Positions 43,742 to 55,338 are shown, counted from the stretch's first letter. The stretch: DNA of 64,000 nucleotides from an uncultured Gemmatimonadales bacterium (GCA_963850905.1 CAWKMU010000003.1:224001-288000); one strand, 5' to 3'. Notes: generated by a model not told the origin, from the letters alone. Translations and numbers: made by a program.

Positions 43742-45208
43742 GTCGAGTTGCGCACCCTGTTGTCATCGGACGCGAATCTCCCCCCCGCCCCGCCAGCGTC
43801 GCGCATCGCCAGCAAGAGCGTGCTGCCATGGCTGATTGCGGTAGCGTTTTTCATGGAATCGCTGGACACGACGATTCTCAATACCGGGGTGCCGACCATC
43901 GCAGCGGCGCTCCATGTCGCTCCGCTCAGCATGAAGTCGGTGCTGGCGAGCTACACCCTGAGCCTCGCAGTCTTCATCCCGATCAGTGGATGGATGGCCG
44001 ATCGGTTCGGAACTCGTCGCGTATTTGCCTCCGCGATCGGCATCTTCACCCTGGGATCATTCCTCTGCGGCATGTCGAGCGACATTCACGCTCTCGTGGC
44101 ATGCCGCATTCTGCAGGGCTGTGGCGGAGCCATGATGGTGCCCGTCGGCCGGCTCACGATCGTGCGGACGTTCGCCAAATCCGAACTGGTTCGCGCCATG
44201 AGCTTCGTCGCCATCCCCGGTTTGGTCGGTCCGATGTTGGGTCCGATCGTCGGCGGTGTGATCGTCGCATACCTGCACTGGCGGCTGCTGTTCTTCGTGA
44301 ACGTTCCGATTGGCCTCTTCGGTCTGTACATGGTCTATCGGCACCTGCCCGACTATCGCGAAGAGCACACCCATCCCCTCGATGTGACCGGGTTGCTGCT
44401 CTTTGGATCCGGTGTCGCACTGCTTTCCTACGTGCTGGAGGTGTTCGGCGAACATACGCTGAGCGCGCCCGAAATTGTGGCAGCCCTGGCCGTGTCCATC
44501 CTCCTTCTGGCCGGCTACGGATTTCACACGATGCGGACGGCATTTCCACTGCTTGATCTCACCCTCTTTCGGATTCGCACCTTTCGCGTGGCCGTGAGTG
44601 GCAGCTTCCTGACCCGCCTCGGCATCGGCGGCATTCCATTTCTCTTTCCCCTGCTGTATCAGGTGGGCCTTGGGTTCACCCCGGTGCAGTCTGGCCTCCT
44701 CATCATGCCGCAGGCCTTCGCGGCCATGAGTCTCAAAACGACAATGCCGCGCATTTTGGCGCGCTTTGGTTACCGTGCCGTCCTGGTCTCGAACACGCTC
44801 CTCATCGGCCTGCAGATCATGCTGTTCGCGACCATTGGGATTGACACGCCAGTATGGTTGATCCTGGCGGAAGTGTTCAGCTATGGATTCTTCACATCGC
44901 TCCAGTATACGAGCATGAACACGCTCGTCTTCGCGGACGTGGACGAAGAACAGGCGAGCCATGCGAGCTCGATCGCCAGTACGATGCAGCAAATGGCCAT
45001 CAGTTTCGGCGTGGCCTCGGCTTCGTTGGTGACAGCGTTCTTCATTCCGGATCGCCACACGTCGAACCCCGCTCAATTCATTCACGGCGTCCAGCGAGCA
45101 TTTCTTGTGCTTGGCGGAATGACCCTGGTCTCCACGATCGTTTTCCGCGAACTGAGGCGAGGCGATGGCGACACGGTCAGCGGGGGCACGGCACTGCACG
45201 CCGGGTAA
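43733..45208 (+). CDS. MFS efflux transporter, DHA2 family
   Basis: FFMESLDTTILN, GWMADRFGTRR, RILQGCGGA, FFVNVPIG; ~14 TM; start uncertain. Confidence 0.93.
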   Translation: MDTVELRTLLSSDANLPPAPPASRIASKSVLPWLIAVAFFMESLDTTILNTGVPTIAAALHVAPLSMKSVLASYTLSLAVFIPISGWMADRFGTRRVFASAIGIFTLGSFLCGMSSDIHALVACRILQGCGGAMMVPVGRLTIVRTFAKSELVRAMSFVAIPGLVGPMLGPIVGGVIVAYLHWRLLFFVNVPIGLFGLYMVYRHLPDYREEHTHPLDVTGLLLFGSGVALLSYVLEVFGEHTLSAPEIVAALAVSILLLAGYGFHTMRTAFPLLDLTLFRIRTFRVAVSGSFLTRLGIGGIPFLFPLLYQVGLGFTPVQSGLLIMPQAFAAMSLKTTMPRILARFGYRAVLVSNTLLIGLQIMLFATIGIDTPVWLILAEVFSYGFFTSLQYTSMNTLVFADVDEEQASHASSIASTMQQMAISFGVASASLVTAFFIPDRHTSNPAQFIHGVQRAFLVLGGMTLVSTIVFRELRRGDGDTVSGGTALHAG

Positions 45209-45267
45209 TGGGTGCGAGCAAAGCAGTCGAGATTCGCAGGCGCGACCATGTAACCACCGAGGTGGAA

Positions 45268-47194
45268 ATGAACGGAACCGTGAAGACGTGGCTCCGCGGA
45301 TTGGGGCTCACCACCGTGGCCATCGTTGTCCTTGGCGCCATCGTGGTGGCCGTCTTGACTGCTCGTGTGCAGCTGCCCGGCGAAGAGCGGGTGCCCGCCG
45401 GCCTCCGTCGCAATCAGGCCGTCTACGTGCAGATGCGCGACGGCGTCCAGATCGCGGTGGACATCTCGGCTGCCGCCGGATCTTCGTGCGAGTGAGCGCG
45501 TGCCGGTGCTGATGCGGACCACGCGCTACTGGCGTGCCAACCAGATCGGCTGGGGCCTTCGCGCGCTGATTGCGCTGCATCGATCTTCTGCAGAAGTGCT
45601 CGATCGGCAAACGGACTACTTCAATATCCGGCGATTCGCGGTGCTCGTGGTGGATGCGCGCGGCAGCGGAGCGAGCGAAGGACTGCGCGTGTCGGAATAT
45701 TCTCCCGATGAAATTGCCGACCTGGGCGAAGTAGCCGGCTGGGCCGCGCGACAGCCCTGGTCGAACGGGCGAGTGGGAGCCTTCGGTGTGTCGTATGACG
45801 GGAACACGGCCGAGCTATCAGCCGTACCGAACAATCCCGTCATCCGTGCGGTGGCGCCGCTCTACGATGACTTCGACACGATGCTGGGTCTCGAACGGCC
45901 CGGTGGCGTCTACGACGTAGGCATGATCCAGAATTGGAGTGACATTGTGGGCGCGATGGACCGCGACAATGTGTGCGGCATCGACAAGCTCACCGGTTGG
46001 GCGTGCTGGTACACACGCCAGCTGGTGCCCGGAGTCAAACCGGTGGACTCTGACAGAGACGGCAAGCACCTCAGAGAAATCGTCTCGCAGCGTCACAATC
46101 CTGCCCTGACGACCAGTCTGGCCGCGACGGAATTCAGCGACGACGCGTTCGAGACCTCGAAAGGGCCCCTGACCCTGGCCCAAATTACGCCGTACGGTTT
46201 GCGGCGGCAGATCGAATCGTCCGGAGTATCGATGCTGGTCTGGTGCGGCTGGCTCGACGCGGGCACGTGTGACGGTTCGCTGAGCCGCTATCGCAATTTC
46301 AAGAACCCGCAGCAAGTGGTAATCGGCGCGTTTTCGCACGGCGGCGGCTACGATGTGGACCCGTTTCTGCCGCTCGACAAGCACCGCCCGCCCAACCCGC
46401 CGCTGGCGGAGCAAATGCGAATGCACGCAGAATTCTTCGACCGGTTGTTGCGCAGCGATCCCCCCGAACCGATCACGCCCGGCGTGCATTACTACACGCT
46501 CGGCGAAGGCCAGTGGCACGACACGGCGGTGTGGCCACCCGTGGGGTTGGAGAATCGCCGGTATTTCTTCGCGGCCGATCATGCGCTTGTTGAGCAGATG
46601 CCGTCACAGGCGCGCGCGACCGATTCGTATACGGTTGATTTTTCAACGACCACAGGTGCGCATAACCGCTGGCAAACGCAGTTGGGCGGGGGCGATGTGA
46701 TCTACCCAGACCGTGCCGAAGAAGACACCAAACTGCTGACGTACACGAGCGCGCCGCTCGAGACGGACGTGGAAATCACCGGTTCGCCGGTCGTGACAAT
46801 CGAGATGGCTTCGACCACAAGCGACGGCGCCGTGTTCGCGTATCTCGAAGACGTCGCCGCAGACGGCCGTGTCACGTACGTTGACGAAGGGATTTTCCGC
46901 GCAATCAACCGCAAGATCGCACCGAAGCCCCTGCCTTACGTGCCGCTCGGCCCCGCGCACAGCTATCTGCGCTCCGACGCGGAACCCATGGTTGCAGGCC
47001 AATCTGCGGAAATTGCGTTCTCGATGTTCCCAACTTCAGTGTTGCTCCACAAGGGACACCGCATCCGCCTGGCGCTCGCCGGCGCCGACGTATCGATGTT
47101 CGAACGGATTCCGGCCAACGCAACGCCAACCTGGACCGTGTATCGCGAAAAAAGCCGGGCGTCTTCTCTTGCAGTCCCTGCGAGAACACGGTGA
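45268..47194 (+). CDS. CocE/NonD (peptidase S15) family hydrolase (frameshift near 45466)
   Basis: MRDGVQIAVD, VDARGSGAS, WSNGRVG, GVSYDG nucleophile, GHRIRLAL. Confidence 0.9.
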
Positions 47195-47210
47195 GCGCTG
47201 ATTCCGTGCG

Positions 47211-47229
47211 AGGTGCATCCTCTGGACAC
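47211..47229 (+). repeat. 19-bp site related to the 140-bp element end
   Basis: aggtgcatcctctggacac; 16/19 identical to 55275-55293. Confidence 0.55.
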
Positions 47230-47241
47230 AGCCAAACGGCG

Positions 47242-49920
47242 TTAAGACGTCGGCGCGGCCGCGCTGACCCTTTTCGAGATCAGTCGCTCGAAGCGCGGGT
47301 TGCCGTTGAGCGACGCGAAGTTGGGATCGATCCGGATCCAGTCCGGAGTGAGGAGGTACGGCTCCTTGAGCAGCACCTCCAACTGGTCGAGTGCTTTCTC
47401 CGGCTCGCCCACCAGCAGGTAGATCCGCACCAATACGTGCTCGTAGTAGCGACGCACGATCGCTCCACCGGGCACCGGCGCCATCGCCACTGCCCGTTGC
47501 CCCTCGGCCACCGCTTCGCCGCGGCGGCCCGCGTAGGCGAACGCGAGGCCGTATTGCGCGTGCACATTTGCGTCGTCGGGACTGGCGCGCAGCGGGGCCG
47601 CGAACGCCAGTCGCGCTGAGTCGCCGTAGGCGTGTGCCCGGAGCCGGTCCCCCCGAAGCGCGAACAGTTGGGCCATGACCAGCGGGAAGTCGTACGGACT
47701 ATTGCCGAAGGCACTTGGGGGCAACGTCTGGACGAGTCTCGTTTGGGCGCTGTCAAGGACCCAGACCAGATCGTCGTACACTGCCAGGTATGCCGCCAGT
47801 GTGGCGGGGTCGATAGTCGGCGACGCCGCCCGAATGATCGCTCGGGCGCCGGGAAGATCCCCGACGGCCAGCTCGACCTCGGCACGAAATTCGACCGCTT
47901 CGAGATCCGTCGGTTGCAGAGCGATCGCATGGTCTAGCGCAGTGCGAGCCTCAGCGAATCGCCGGAGATATAGGTAGGTATTTCCCAGATCGACCGCGAT
48001 TCCAACATCGCGCGGGTCGAGCCGGGCCGACCGCTCGTTGAGCGCGAGGCCCTCGGCCCAACGGCCGGACAGTTTCTCGTAGCTCGCAGCATAGTCGAGG
48101 AGAAGCGCGTTATTGGGTGAGGCTCGGAGCCCAGCATGGACCTCTCCCAGAGCCTGGGGCCAATCACTGCGGACAAGCGCGTAATAGCTCGCCCGCGCAG
48201 CGTGCGCCTCCGGGAGATCTGGCGCCAAGGCGAGCGCCCGCGCCGAAGCCACCCGCGCCGACTCGGCATCGGCCGGGCTGTGTGTACCCGGATCGAAGTC
48301 GTACACGGCCGTGTAGGCCCTGGCGAGCGCAGCCCATGCCTCGGCGAATCCCGAGTCGCGGTGCACCGCCTCTTGGTACCAGTCCAGGGCGCGACGGCTC
48401 GTGCCCGGCGCAAATCCCTTGGCAGTCTCCTGCCCGCGCAAGTATGCGTCGTACGCCTTCAGGTTCGTCGTCGGTTGCTGAACCAGTGCCTGTCGGGCGG
48501 GCGCATTCAACGTGACTTGGAGCTGCTGCGCCACCTTACTCGCGATGTCGGCCTGCACCTGGAACACGTCCGTGAGCGATGCGTCGAACGGCTGCTCCCA
48601 TTTGTCGGCCGCCGTCGAAGCCTCGACCAAGGCCGGGCTGACCTCCACACGCCCCGGTGTCCCAGGTGCTTTGGCCCAACGGACCTTCCCCATCAGGATA
48701 TAACGCACGCTCAATTCTTGGCCGATCTGCTGCGGCGTCTTCGTAGTTTTGCGGTACTGAGCGGAGCTGCCCGGTGCGATCACTTCGAGGCCGGGAACGG
48801 ATGTGAGCTTGCCGCGAATGGCATCGGTCACACCGTCCGCGAAGTAGGCGTCCGTCGTATCGCCCAGATTGTCGAACGGCAGGACGGCCAGTCGCACTGA
48901 CCCGGTGGCCGTGGCCGCGACGCGGTCGGCGAGGGCACGCTGATGCCAGCGCCAGGCGAAGAGGGCGCCAACACCGACGAGGACGCCGAGCGCGAGCACG
49001 GCGACACCCGCTGGGATGCGGTGACGTGAGGCTGGAGCGCTCGGTAAGACAGTCGCCCTCGCTCCAGCAAGCGATGTGCTCGCCCCGCGTTCCGCCGTAT
49101 CGAGCGCGTTGGCGAATGCGGCCGCTGTGGGGAACCGATCGGCCGGCACTGGGGATAGGGCCTTGCGCACGGCGTTGTCCACCGCGTCTGGTACGGACGG
49201 TCGCGTTCGGCGTAGCGAGGGTGGATCGCCGGTCAGCATCTTCGCGGCAACGGCCTGCGCCGTCGGCCCCGTGTACGGAGGTTCCCCGGCCAGCGTCTCG
49301 TACAACACGACACCGAGCGAGTAGACGTCAGTGGCCGCATCGATCTCGCGCTCGCCCGCCGCTTGCTCGGGACTCATGTAGACTGGCGTGCCCAGCGTCA
49401 TCCCGGTGGCCGTCAGCGTGTCGCCGGGTCCGCCAGACATGGTCGGTCGTGCGATGCCGAAGTCGGCCACCATCGCTTGCCCATCGACCAACAGGATGTT
49501 CTCTGGCTTGATGTCGCGATGGATCACCCCGTGGCGGTGCGCGTAGTCGAGCGCCAGAGCAACCTCGCGTGTAATGCGCAGCGCTTCATCGATCGCGAGT
49601 TGGCGCTGCCGGCGCAGCCGGTCTCGGAGCGATTCACCTTCGATGAGCGGCATTGTGAACCACAACGCACCCGACGCCGTCTCACCCGAGTCGTAGACGG
49701 AGACGATGTGCGGGTGTTGCAAGCTGGCAGCGAGCGTGATCTCGCGTCGGAAGCGTTCGGCACCTACGCTGCTCGCGAGCTCGCTCCGCAAGACCTTCAG
49801 CGCGACCCGTCGTCCGTGCTTGGTGTCGCGCGCCACGTAGACCGTCGCCATGCCGCCGCGGCCCAACTCCCCCTCGACCGTATACCCGTCTGGCCCAAAC
49901 CCCTCAGGCACGACCGCCAC
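47242..49920 (-). CDS. Ser/Thr protein kinase with TM, TolB-N-like and TPR domains
   Basis: GRGGMATV, VALK, HRDIKPEN, DFG, YMSPE; LAVLPFDNLG; TPR repeats. Confidence 0.95.
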   Translation of the reverse strand: MAVVPEGFGPDGYTVEGELGRGGMATVYVARDTKHGRRVALKVLRSELASSVGAERFRREITLAASLQHPHIVSVYDSGETASGALWFTMPLIEGESLRDRLRRQRQLAIDEALRITREVALALDYAHRHGVIHRDIKPENILLVDGQAMVADFGIARPTMSGGPGDTLTATGMTLGTPVYMSPEQAAGEREIDAATDVYSLGVVLYETLAGEPPYTGPTAQAVAAKMLTGDPPSLRRTRPSVPDAVDNAVRKALSPVPADRFPTAAAFANALDTAERGASTSLAGARATVLPSAPASRHRIPAGVAVLALGVLVGVGALFAWRWHQRALADRVAATATGSVRLAVLPFDNLGDTTDAYFADGVTDAIRGKLTSVPGLEVIAPGSSAQYRKTTKTPQQIGQELSVRYILMGKVRWAKAPGTPGRVEVSPALVEASTAADKWEQPFDASLTDVFQVQADIASKVAQQLQVTLNAPARQALVQQPTTNLKAYDAYLRGQETAKGFAPGTSRRALDWYQEAVHRDSGFAEAWAALARAYTAVYDFDPGTHSPADAESARVASARALALAPDLPEAHAARASYYALVRSDWPQALGEVHAGLRASPNNALLLDYAASYEKLSGRWAEGLALNERSARLDPRDVGIAVDLGNTYLYLRRFAEARTALDHAIALQPTDLEAVEFRAEVELAVGDLPGARAIIRAASPTIDPATLAAYLAVYDDLVWVLDSAQTRLVQTLPPSAFGNSPYDFPLVMAQLFALRGDRLRAHAYGDSARLAFAAPLRASPDDANVHAQYGLAFAYAGRRGEAVAEGQRAVAMAPVPGGAIVRRYYEHVLVRIYLLVGEPEKALDQLEVLLKEPYLLTPDWIRIDPNFASLNGNPRFERLISKRVSAAAPTS

Positions 49921-50160
49921 GCGAGCCCGCCACGTTGGAGAATGGCTCGAAGCTATTAGGCCGGGGCGTCCCGCAGTAGCACCATTTCAGCCCTTCCTCG
50001 TCCCTCATAGCCGCGGCCTATCGGCCCACCACAAAGAACGTATTGGAATTCCGATGGCGCCCCCCTGAGTATTCACCCATGGCCGTTCCGTGGTTGCGAC
50101 GAGGCACGATCCGCCCTGACACTCGTCCGCAACGCCGTGCCATCCCTTCGGAGCTGCACC

Positions 50161-50610
50161 ATGGCCGACCCAATGCTGTCGCGTCGAATCTTCCTCGTGA
50201 ATGGCCTTGTAGCGGGCGTTGGCGCGCTCCTGGGCGCGGCCCCCGTTCGCGGCCATCGTGGCTGCGCGCTGCATCACACGCAGGACGTTGATCACGGGCC
50301 GCATCCCACACCTCGGCCTGGGATTGACGCCTCGCACGTGCTCAAGCCCGAGCAGTTGAAAGACGCCCCTAACGCGGTCACAGCCTTCAACGAGGTACGC
50401 CAGATCCCCCAAGTAGTCGACGGGATTCGGTGTCATTGTGGCTGCGCCCGGGAGAAGGGCTTCTATTCGCTCTTGAGTTGCTACGAGAGCGACGGCATGG
50501 CACGAGACTGCCACATCTGCCAGGGCCAAGGTCGTATGGCGTTTCGACTGCACAGTGCCGGCAAGTCATTGACGGAAATCAGGGACGCGATCGACGCCAA
50601 GTACGACTGA
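50161..50610 (+). CDS. PCYCGC-motif-like protein with Tat signal
   Basis: SRRIFL; CHCGC...SLLSCY...CHIC...IRDAIDAKY. Confidence 0.8.
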   Translation: MADPMLSRRIFLVNGLVAGVGALLGAAPVRGHRGCALHHTQDVDHGPHPTPRPGIDASHVLKPEQLKDAPNAVTAFNEVRQIPQVVDGIRCHCGCAREKGFYSLLSCYESDGMARDCHICQGQGRMAFRLHSAGKSLTEIRDAIDAKYD

Positions 50611-50653
50611 GATCTACGTCACGTAAGTCATCGATCTTCATTCGAGGCCCAAC

Positions 50654-51598
50654 ATGCAAGTCACCATCCCCGGCGTGGTGGTGGTCATCGCGATGGTCGG
50701 AATCGTGCCACGCGCCCACGCACAGACCTCACAAGGGCTCAACGCAAGCGAGCCGGCAAGCATCTCGCAGATCGTCGATGGTACGAAGATCACGATCGAG
50801 TACTCACGGCCCCGCGCGCGCGGGCGAACGGGTTTGTTCGGCACCGAGGTGAAGTTCGGCCAGACCTGGACGCCGGGTGCGAATCAGTCGACGACGCTTG
50901 CCGTTACCAAGGATGTGTCAATCGACGGACATCCGGTTGCCAAAGGAAAGTATTCCGTCTGGATGGTTGTCGCGCCTGGAGACTGGGAGTTGGTGCTCGA
51001 CCACGACACAACGCTATTCCACATGGCGCACCCAAAGTCTCGGCCCGGTCAGATTCGCTTCGTGGTACCGAAAGAGCACCATGACTTCGTGGAAGTACTC
51101 ACCTGGTCGTTCCCAAAGGTCACAACGACCGGGATGACGCTCACGATGCAGTGGGACACGGTGTCCGTTCCCCTCGACATTAGGGTCATGCCCACCTTCA
51201 CCACTGCTGTCCCGCCGGACGCTGCTGAGTGTGTGGCGGGCGCCTACCACTGGCACTGGTCGCCCCGCATGGCGGACCCGTATGTCCCGAAGGACACCAC
51301 GCTTCCGCGCTACCCGGGGATGAAGAGCGCCGAGGCGACGTTCACTGTCCGCTACGTCGGAGGCGAGCTACGCGCGACCGTCGATCCGCCGATGTTCAGC
51401 GATCCCGCCTTGCGCGAATTCGTGCTGATCCAGAAGAAAGGCGATTTGTACGACTTTGGGCGCGTCGATCGCGGGGAGTTGGTCGAAGTCTGGGACTACG
51501 TCGCCCTGCAGTTCGCGGTCGCGAACGGGCACGCAGACAGCCTCGAGGCTCGCGGCACGGACGACGAACTATGGGCGACTGGGAAGAGGAAGCCCTGA
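50654..51598 (+). CDS. DUF2911 domain exported protein
   Basis: ITIEYSRP..RGR, WTPGAN, GKYS. Confidence 0.85.
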   Translation: MQVTIPGVVVVIAMVGIVPRAHAQTSQGLNASEPASISQIVDGTKITIEYSRPRARGRTGLFGTEVKFGQTWTPGANQSTTLAVTKDVSIDGHPVAKGKYSVWMVVAPGDWELVLDHDTTLFHMAHPKSRPGQIRFVVPKEHHDFVEVLTWSFPKVTTTGMTLTMQWDTVSVPLDIRVMPTFTTAVPPDAAECVAGAYHWHWSPRMADPYVPKDTTLPRYPGMKSAEATFTVRYVGGELRATVDPPMFSDPALREFVLIQKKGDLYDFGRVDRGELVEVWDYVALQFAVANGHADSLEARGTDDELWATGKRKP

Positions 51599-51651
51599 CC
51601 ACCGCGACTGGCCCTGACGTCGCGGCAATGACTCGACCAGGAGGATGTGCG

Positions 51652-52456
51652 ATGACTGAGGATCCATTCCTGGAGTTCAAGCGAAAGCAGCGTGAGGCGT
51701 GGGCGACGTTCGCGCCGGCAGCGACGTTCACAACACGCGTGGCGGCCCACCTCGTCGGTTTTGCCGGAGTCAAGATCGGCGAGTCGGTGCTCGATGTGGC
51801 CACCGGCACCGGCGTCGTCGCGGTGACAGCGGCGCGAGCGGGGGCTCGCGTCAGCGCACTCGACCTGACGCCCGAGCTCCTCGCCGAAGCTCGTGAAAAC
51901 GGCAGGATCGCCGAACACCCGGAGATCGCGTGGCAAGAAGCCGATGCGGAGAAACTGCCCTACCCCGATGCATCCTTCGACGTCGTGGTCAGTCAGTTTG
52001 GCCACATGTTCGCGCCGCGTCCGGAGGTCGTCGTTGCCGAGATGCGTCGCGTGCTGAAGCCCACCGGACGAGTCGCCTTTGCGACTTGGCCACCTGAGCA
52101 TTCTTGTCGGTCGGATGTTCATGCTCGTGGGCCGCAACTCACCCCCTCCGCCTCCGGGGGTTATCCCGCCCCCACTCTGGGGAAGCCCCACGATCATCGC
52201 TGAGCGCCTCGCCGTTGGGTTCCGCGAGCCATTCTTCGAGCGCGGCGCGATGATGGCCCCAGCGTTGAGCATCCCTCACTACAGGCGCTTCATGGAGGCA
52301 ACCATCGGCCCCGTGCAAAAGCTGGTCGACAATCTTTCGACCGCGCCTGACCGGCTCGCAGCTTTCCGCGGCGAGTTTGACGCCCTCGTCACGCCCTACT
52401 ACGGGGAGAACCAGGTCCAGCAGAGCTACCTGCTAACGCGTGCCCACGCGCGCTGA
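51652..52456 (+). CDS. Class I SAM-dependent methyltransferase (frameshift near 52100)
   Basis: VLDVATGTG, DAEKLPY, FDVVVSQFGHMF, RVLKPTG. Confidence 0.9.
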
Positions 52457-52549
52457 GGTCGGAGCGGACAGCGGCGACGGGGTCGAAACGCACGGAGCGC
52501 TTGGAGTTGGCATGGCGCGCCGTTCTCTCGTGTGGATGGCGGACACCGG

Positions 52550-54988
52550 CTAGTCCTGCCGTAACGCTCTAACCGGATCGATGCGACTCGCCCACCGCGC
52601 TGGTAGGAAGCTCGCCGCCAGCGCCGCGGCGACGAGTAACGCGACCACCGGGACCACGGTTGCCAGCTCCATTGACTGCATGCCGACGACGACCTTGAGC
52701 AGCACGCGACCGGCAAGGAGGGCCGCGGCGAGGCCTAGTGCGGTGCCCATTGCAATCAGCCGCATGCTGTCCCGAAGAATGAAGCGGACCACACCGCCTG
52801 TCGTGGCGCCCAGCGCGAGCCGCACGCCGATCTCCTGAACGCGTTGCGTCGTGAGGTAGGAGAGGACACCGTAGATCCCCACGCAGGCGAGGAGCATCGC
52901 GACTGCAGCAAAGGTGCCGAACAACAGCATTAGGAAACGCTGTTGATCGAGCGAAGCGCGCACGACGTCATCCATCGTCTGGATGTCGTACATCGCCTGA
53001 TAGGATCCGGGACCGCCGAACGCCGACTGTAACGGACGGATAGCGGCCGCCGGTGCGGTTGTCGTGCGCACGGCGATCGATAGGAACGTGGAGTAGAGGT
53101 GCACGAGCGACGCCGGCACCTGGGCGAACGGATAATAGAGCTGATCGTGTACGGGCGACGCATTGTCGTTCGCCAGGCCCCAATGGCGCACATGCCCGAC
53201 GACGCCGACTACACGCGATGGGTCGCGACCCATTGCCGGCAGCCAGAGGCGCTGACCTACGGGATCCGTGTCCCCAAAGGCATGGCGCGCGAGATTGGCA
53301 TTGATGACCACCACCGGTTCGGTGCCGAGGCTGTCGGCATCCGTGAAGAACCGGCCCTTCAACAGCGGGATTCCCATGACCGCCCGATAGTCCGGCGTCA
53401 CACTCGACGCGAGCGCGTCTGGCTCCTGGTCCGGCGGCGGGGCCGTCGGCGTCGTCCAATACGACACCGTGTTCTCGCCTTCCCGCATGGGAATGATGTC
53501 CGCCAGAGCGACGCCGCGAACACCGGCCACGGCGCGCGCCCGCCCGACGACCTGACGCCACGCCGCGCGTATCTCTTGGGGATCGCCCAAGGCACTCGGC
53601 GCGAGCGCGAAGCGCGCGACCAGCACGTGGTGGGGATCGATCCCGGGATCGCGCGCCGATTGCGCGATCAACGTTCGGCCGAGCATGCCGGCCGACACCA
53701 GCAACACGATCGCCAGCGCCAACTCGGCCACCACGAACGCCCCGTGCATCCGCCGCGTGTTGGCCGTTGTCCCGCGCCCCGATGCGCGCAGCGTACGCCC
53801 GAGATCGCGGACGCTGGCGCGGAGCGCCGGCGCCAGCCCCGCCAAAATGCCCGTGGCCAGCGACACTGCGAGCGCGAACACTAGCGCGCGCCAGTCGAGT
53901 CGAATCTCTTGAGCTCGCGGCAGCCCGCCCGGCCACAGCGCGACGAAAGGCCGGACACCGGCCGCGGCCAGGATCGCGCCCATTGCGCCGCCAGCCACGC
54001 CGAGGACGGCGCTCTCGGTCATGCATTGTCGCGCGATGCGACCGCGGTTGGCGCCCAAAGCGGTGCGGAGCGCTAGCTCATGACCGCGGGCAACGGCGCG
54101 AGCCAAGAGCAGACTGGCGATGTTCACGCACGCGATGAGCAAGACGAGCGACACCGCGGCGAGCAGCAGCCACAGCGTCGAACCGATCTTTCCGACGACC
54201 TCGTCGCGCAGCGGGTGTGCAACTATACCAGCCCCTGCGTTCGTCGCGGGGTACTGCGCCGCCAACTGGCGACCGGTGAGCGCCAGCTCGGCTCTCGCCT
54301 GGGCCAGCGTGATGCCCGGTCGCAGTCGGCCGAGCGCGTGAATAAAGCGCGCGCCACGAATGTGCAGACGCGGATCGGTGGTCTGGCCGAGTGGCGTGAA
54401 GACGTCCGCTTGTCCCGTAAGCTCGAACGCAGCGGGCAGCACGCCGATCACGACATAGGTGACACCGTCATAGCTGAGGGAGCCGCCGATTGCCGAACGA
54501 CTCCCGCCGAAATGCCGGTGCCACAGCACATCGCTGATAATGGCGACGGGTGTTGCGCCGGGGCGATCGTCGTCGCCGCGGAATGCGCGTCCCTGCTCGG
54601 GCTGAAGGCCAAGGACCGGGAGGAGGTTCGCCGACAGCAGGCGGCCCGATACGTATTCGGCCGGCCCGCTGCCGGTGATCGTACCGCCGCCGTAGGTCCA
54701 CGCAGCTATATCGAGCGTGCGACTCATTCGGGTCAGGTCCTGGATGTCGGGATACGAATATCCCCACACCTCGCCGACGTCCTGTGTAGAGGTCCGGAGC
54801 GCCACGAGGCGATCTGACGCCGGGAACGGCAGCCGTCGCAAAAGAACGCCGTCGACGATAGTGAACATGACGGTGGCGGCGCTGATGCCGAGCGCCAAAA
54901 TGAGCAGCGCCACCGCCGCGAATCCCGGCCGCTGCCTCAGGGCGCGGAGCGCGTGCCGGATGTCTTGCGCGATGTCATCGAGTAGCAT
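52550..54988 (-). CDS. ADOP-type duplicated ABC permease (MacB/FtsX-like)
   Basis: LALGISA, LLIACVNIASLL, EIGVRLALGA, IDPVRALR; no adjacent ATPase. Confidence 0.92.
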   Translation of the reverse strand: MLLDDIAQDIRHALRALRQRPGFAAVALLILALGISAATVMFTIVDGVLLRRLPFPASDRLVALRTSTQDVGEVWGYSYPDIQDLTRMSRTLDIAAWTYGGGTITGSGPAEYVSGRLLSANLLPVLGLQPEQGRAFRGDDDRPGATPVAIISDVLWHRHFGGSRSAIGGSLSYDGVTYVVIGVLPAAFELTGQADVFTPLGQTTDPRLHIRGARFIHALGRLRPGITLAQARAELALTGRQLAAQYPATNAGAGIVAHPLRDEVVGKIGSTLWLLLAAVSLVLLIACVNIASLLLARAVARGHELALRTALGANRGRIARQCMTESAVLGVAGGAMGAILAAAGVRPFVALWPGGLPRAQEIRLDWRALVFALAVSLATGILAGLAPALRASVRDLGRTLRASGRGTTANTRRMHGAFVVAELALAIVLLVSAGMLGRTLIAQSARDPGIDPHHVLVARFALAPSALGDPQEIRAAWRQVVGRARAVAGVRGVALADIIPMREGENTVSYWTTPTAPPPDQEPDALASSVTPDYRAVMGIPLLKGRFFTDADSLGTEPVVVINANLARHAFGDTDPVGQRLWLPAMGRDPSRVVGVVGHVRHWGLANDNASPVHDQLYYPFAQVPASLVHLYSTFLSIAVRTTTAPAAAIRPLQSAFGGPGSYQAMYDIQTMDDVVRASLDQQRFLMLLFGTFAAVAMLLACVGIYGVLSYLTTQRVQEIGVRLALGATTGGVVRFILRDSMRLIAMGTALGLAAALLAGRVLLKVVVGMQSMELATVVPVVALLVAAALAASFLPARWASRIDPVRALRQD

Positions 54989-55274
54989 GATGAGCCCCCG
55001 TTTGCCAAAACCGGGCCAACCTTGCTCACCAGGTAACGCGTTGATCGGCCAGGTGTTGCGCGTGGGACCCCTCGGACCGCGTGTCCGTTTGCGGTCGGCG
55101 GCGTCCCGGAACCGCGCATCGGGCGCGCACCGTCTGCCGCCCGAGGGCGCTCGTGTCGTGTATCAAAGGGACACCGGCCTTTCAGAGCACCTCATCCAGA
55201 CGATCGGCGTCATGAAGCAGAGCAATCAGTTTGCAATACCCAAGGGGTGCTCAAAGCGGTCGAAAACGCCGCCT

Positions 55275-55293
55275 AGGCGCACACTCTGGACAC
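55275..55293 (+). repeat. 19-bp site related to the 140-bp element end
   Basis: aggcgcacactctggacac. Confidence 0.6.
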
Positions 55294-55338
55294 GCCCCAA
55301 TCGCAAGCGGCCGGCGAAGCAACAACTCAGGCCGATGC

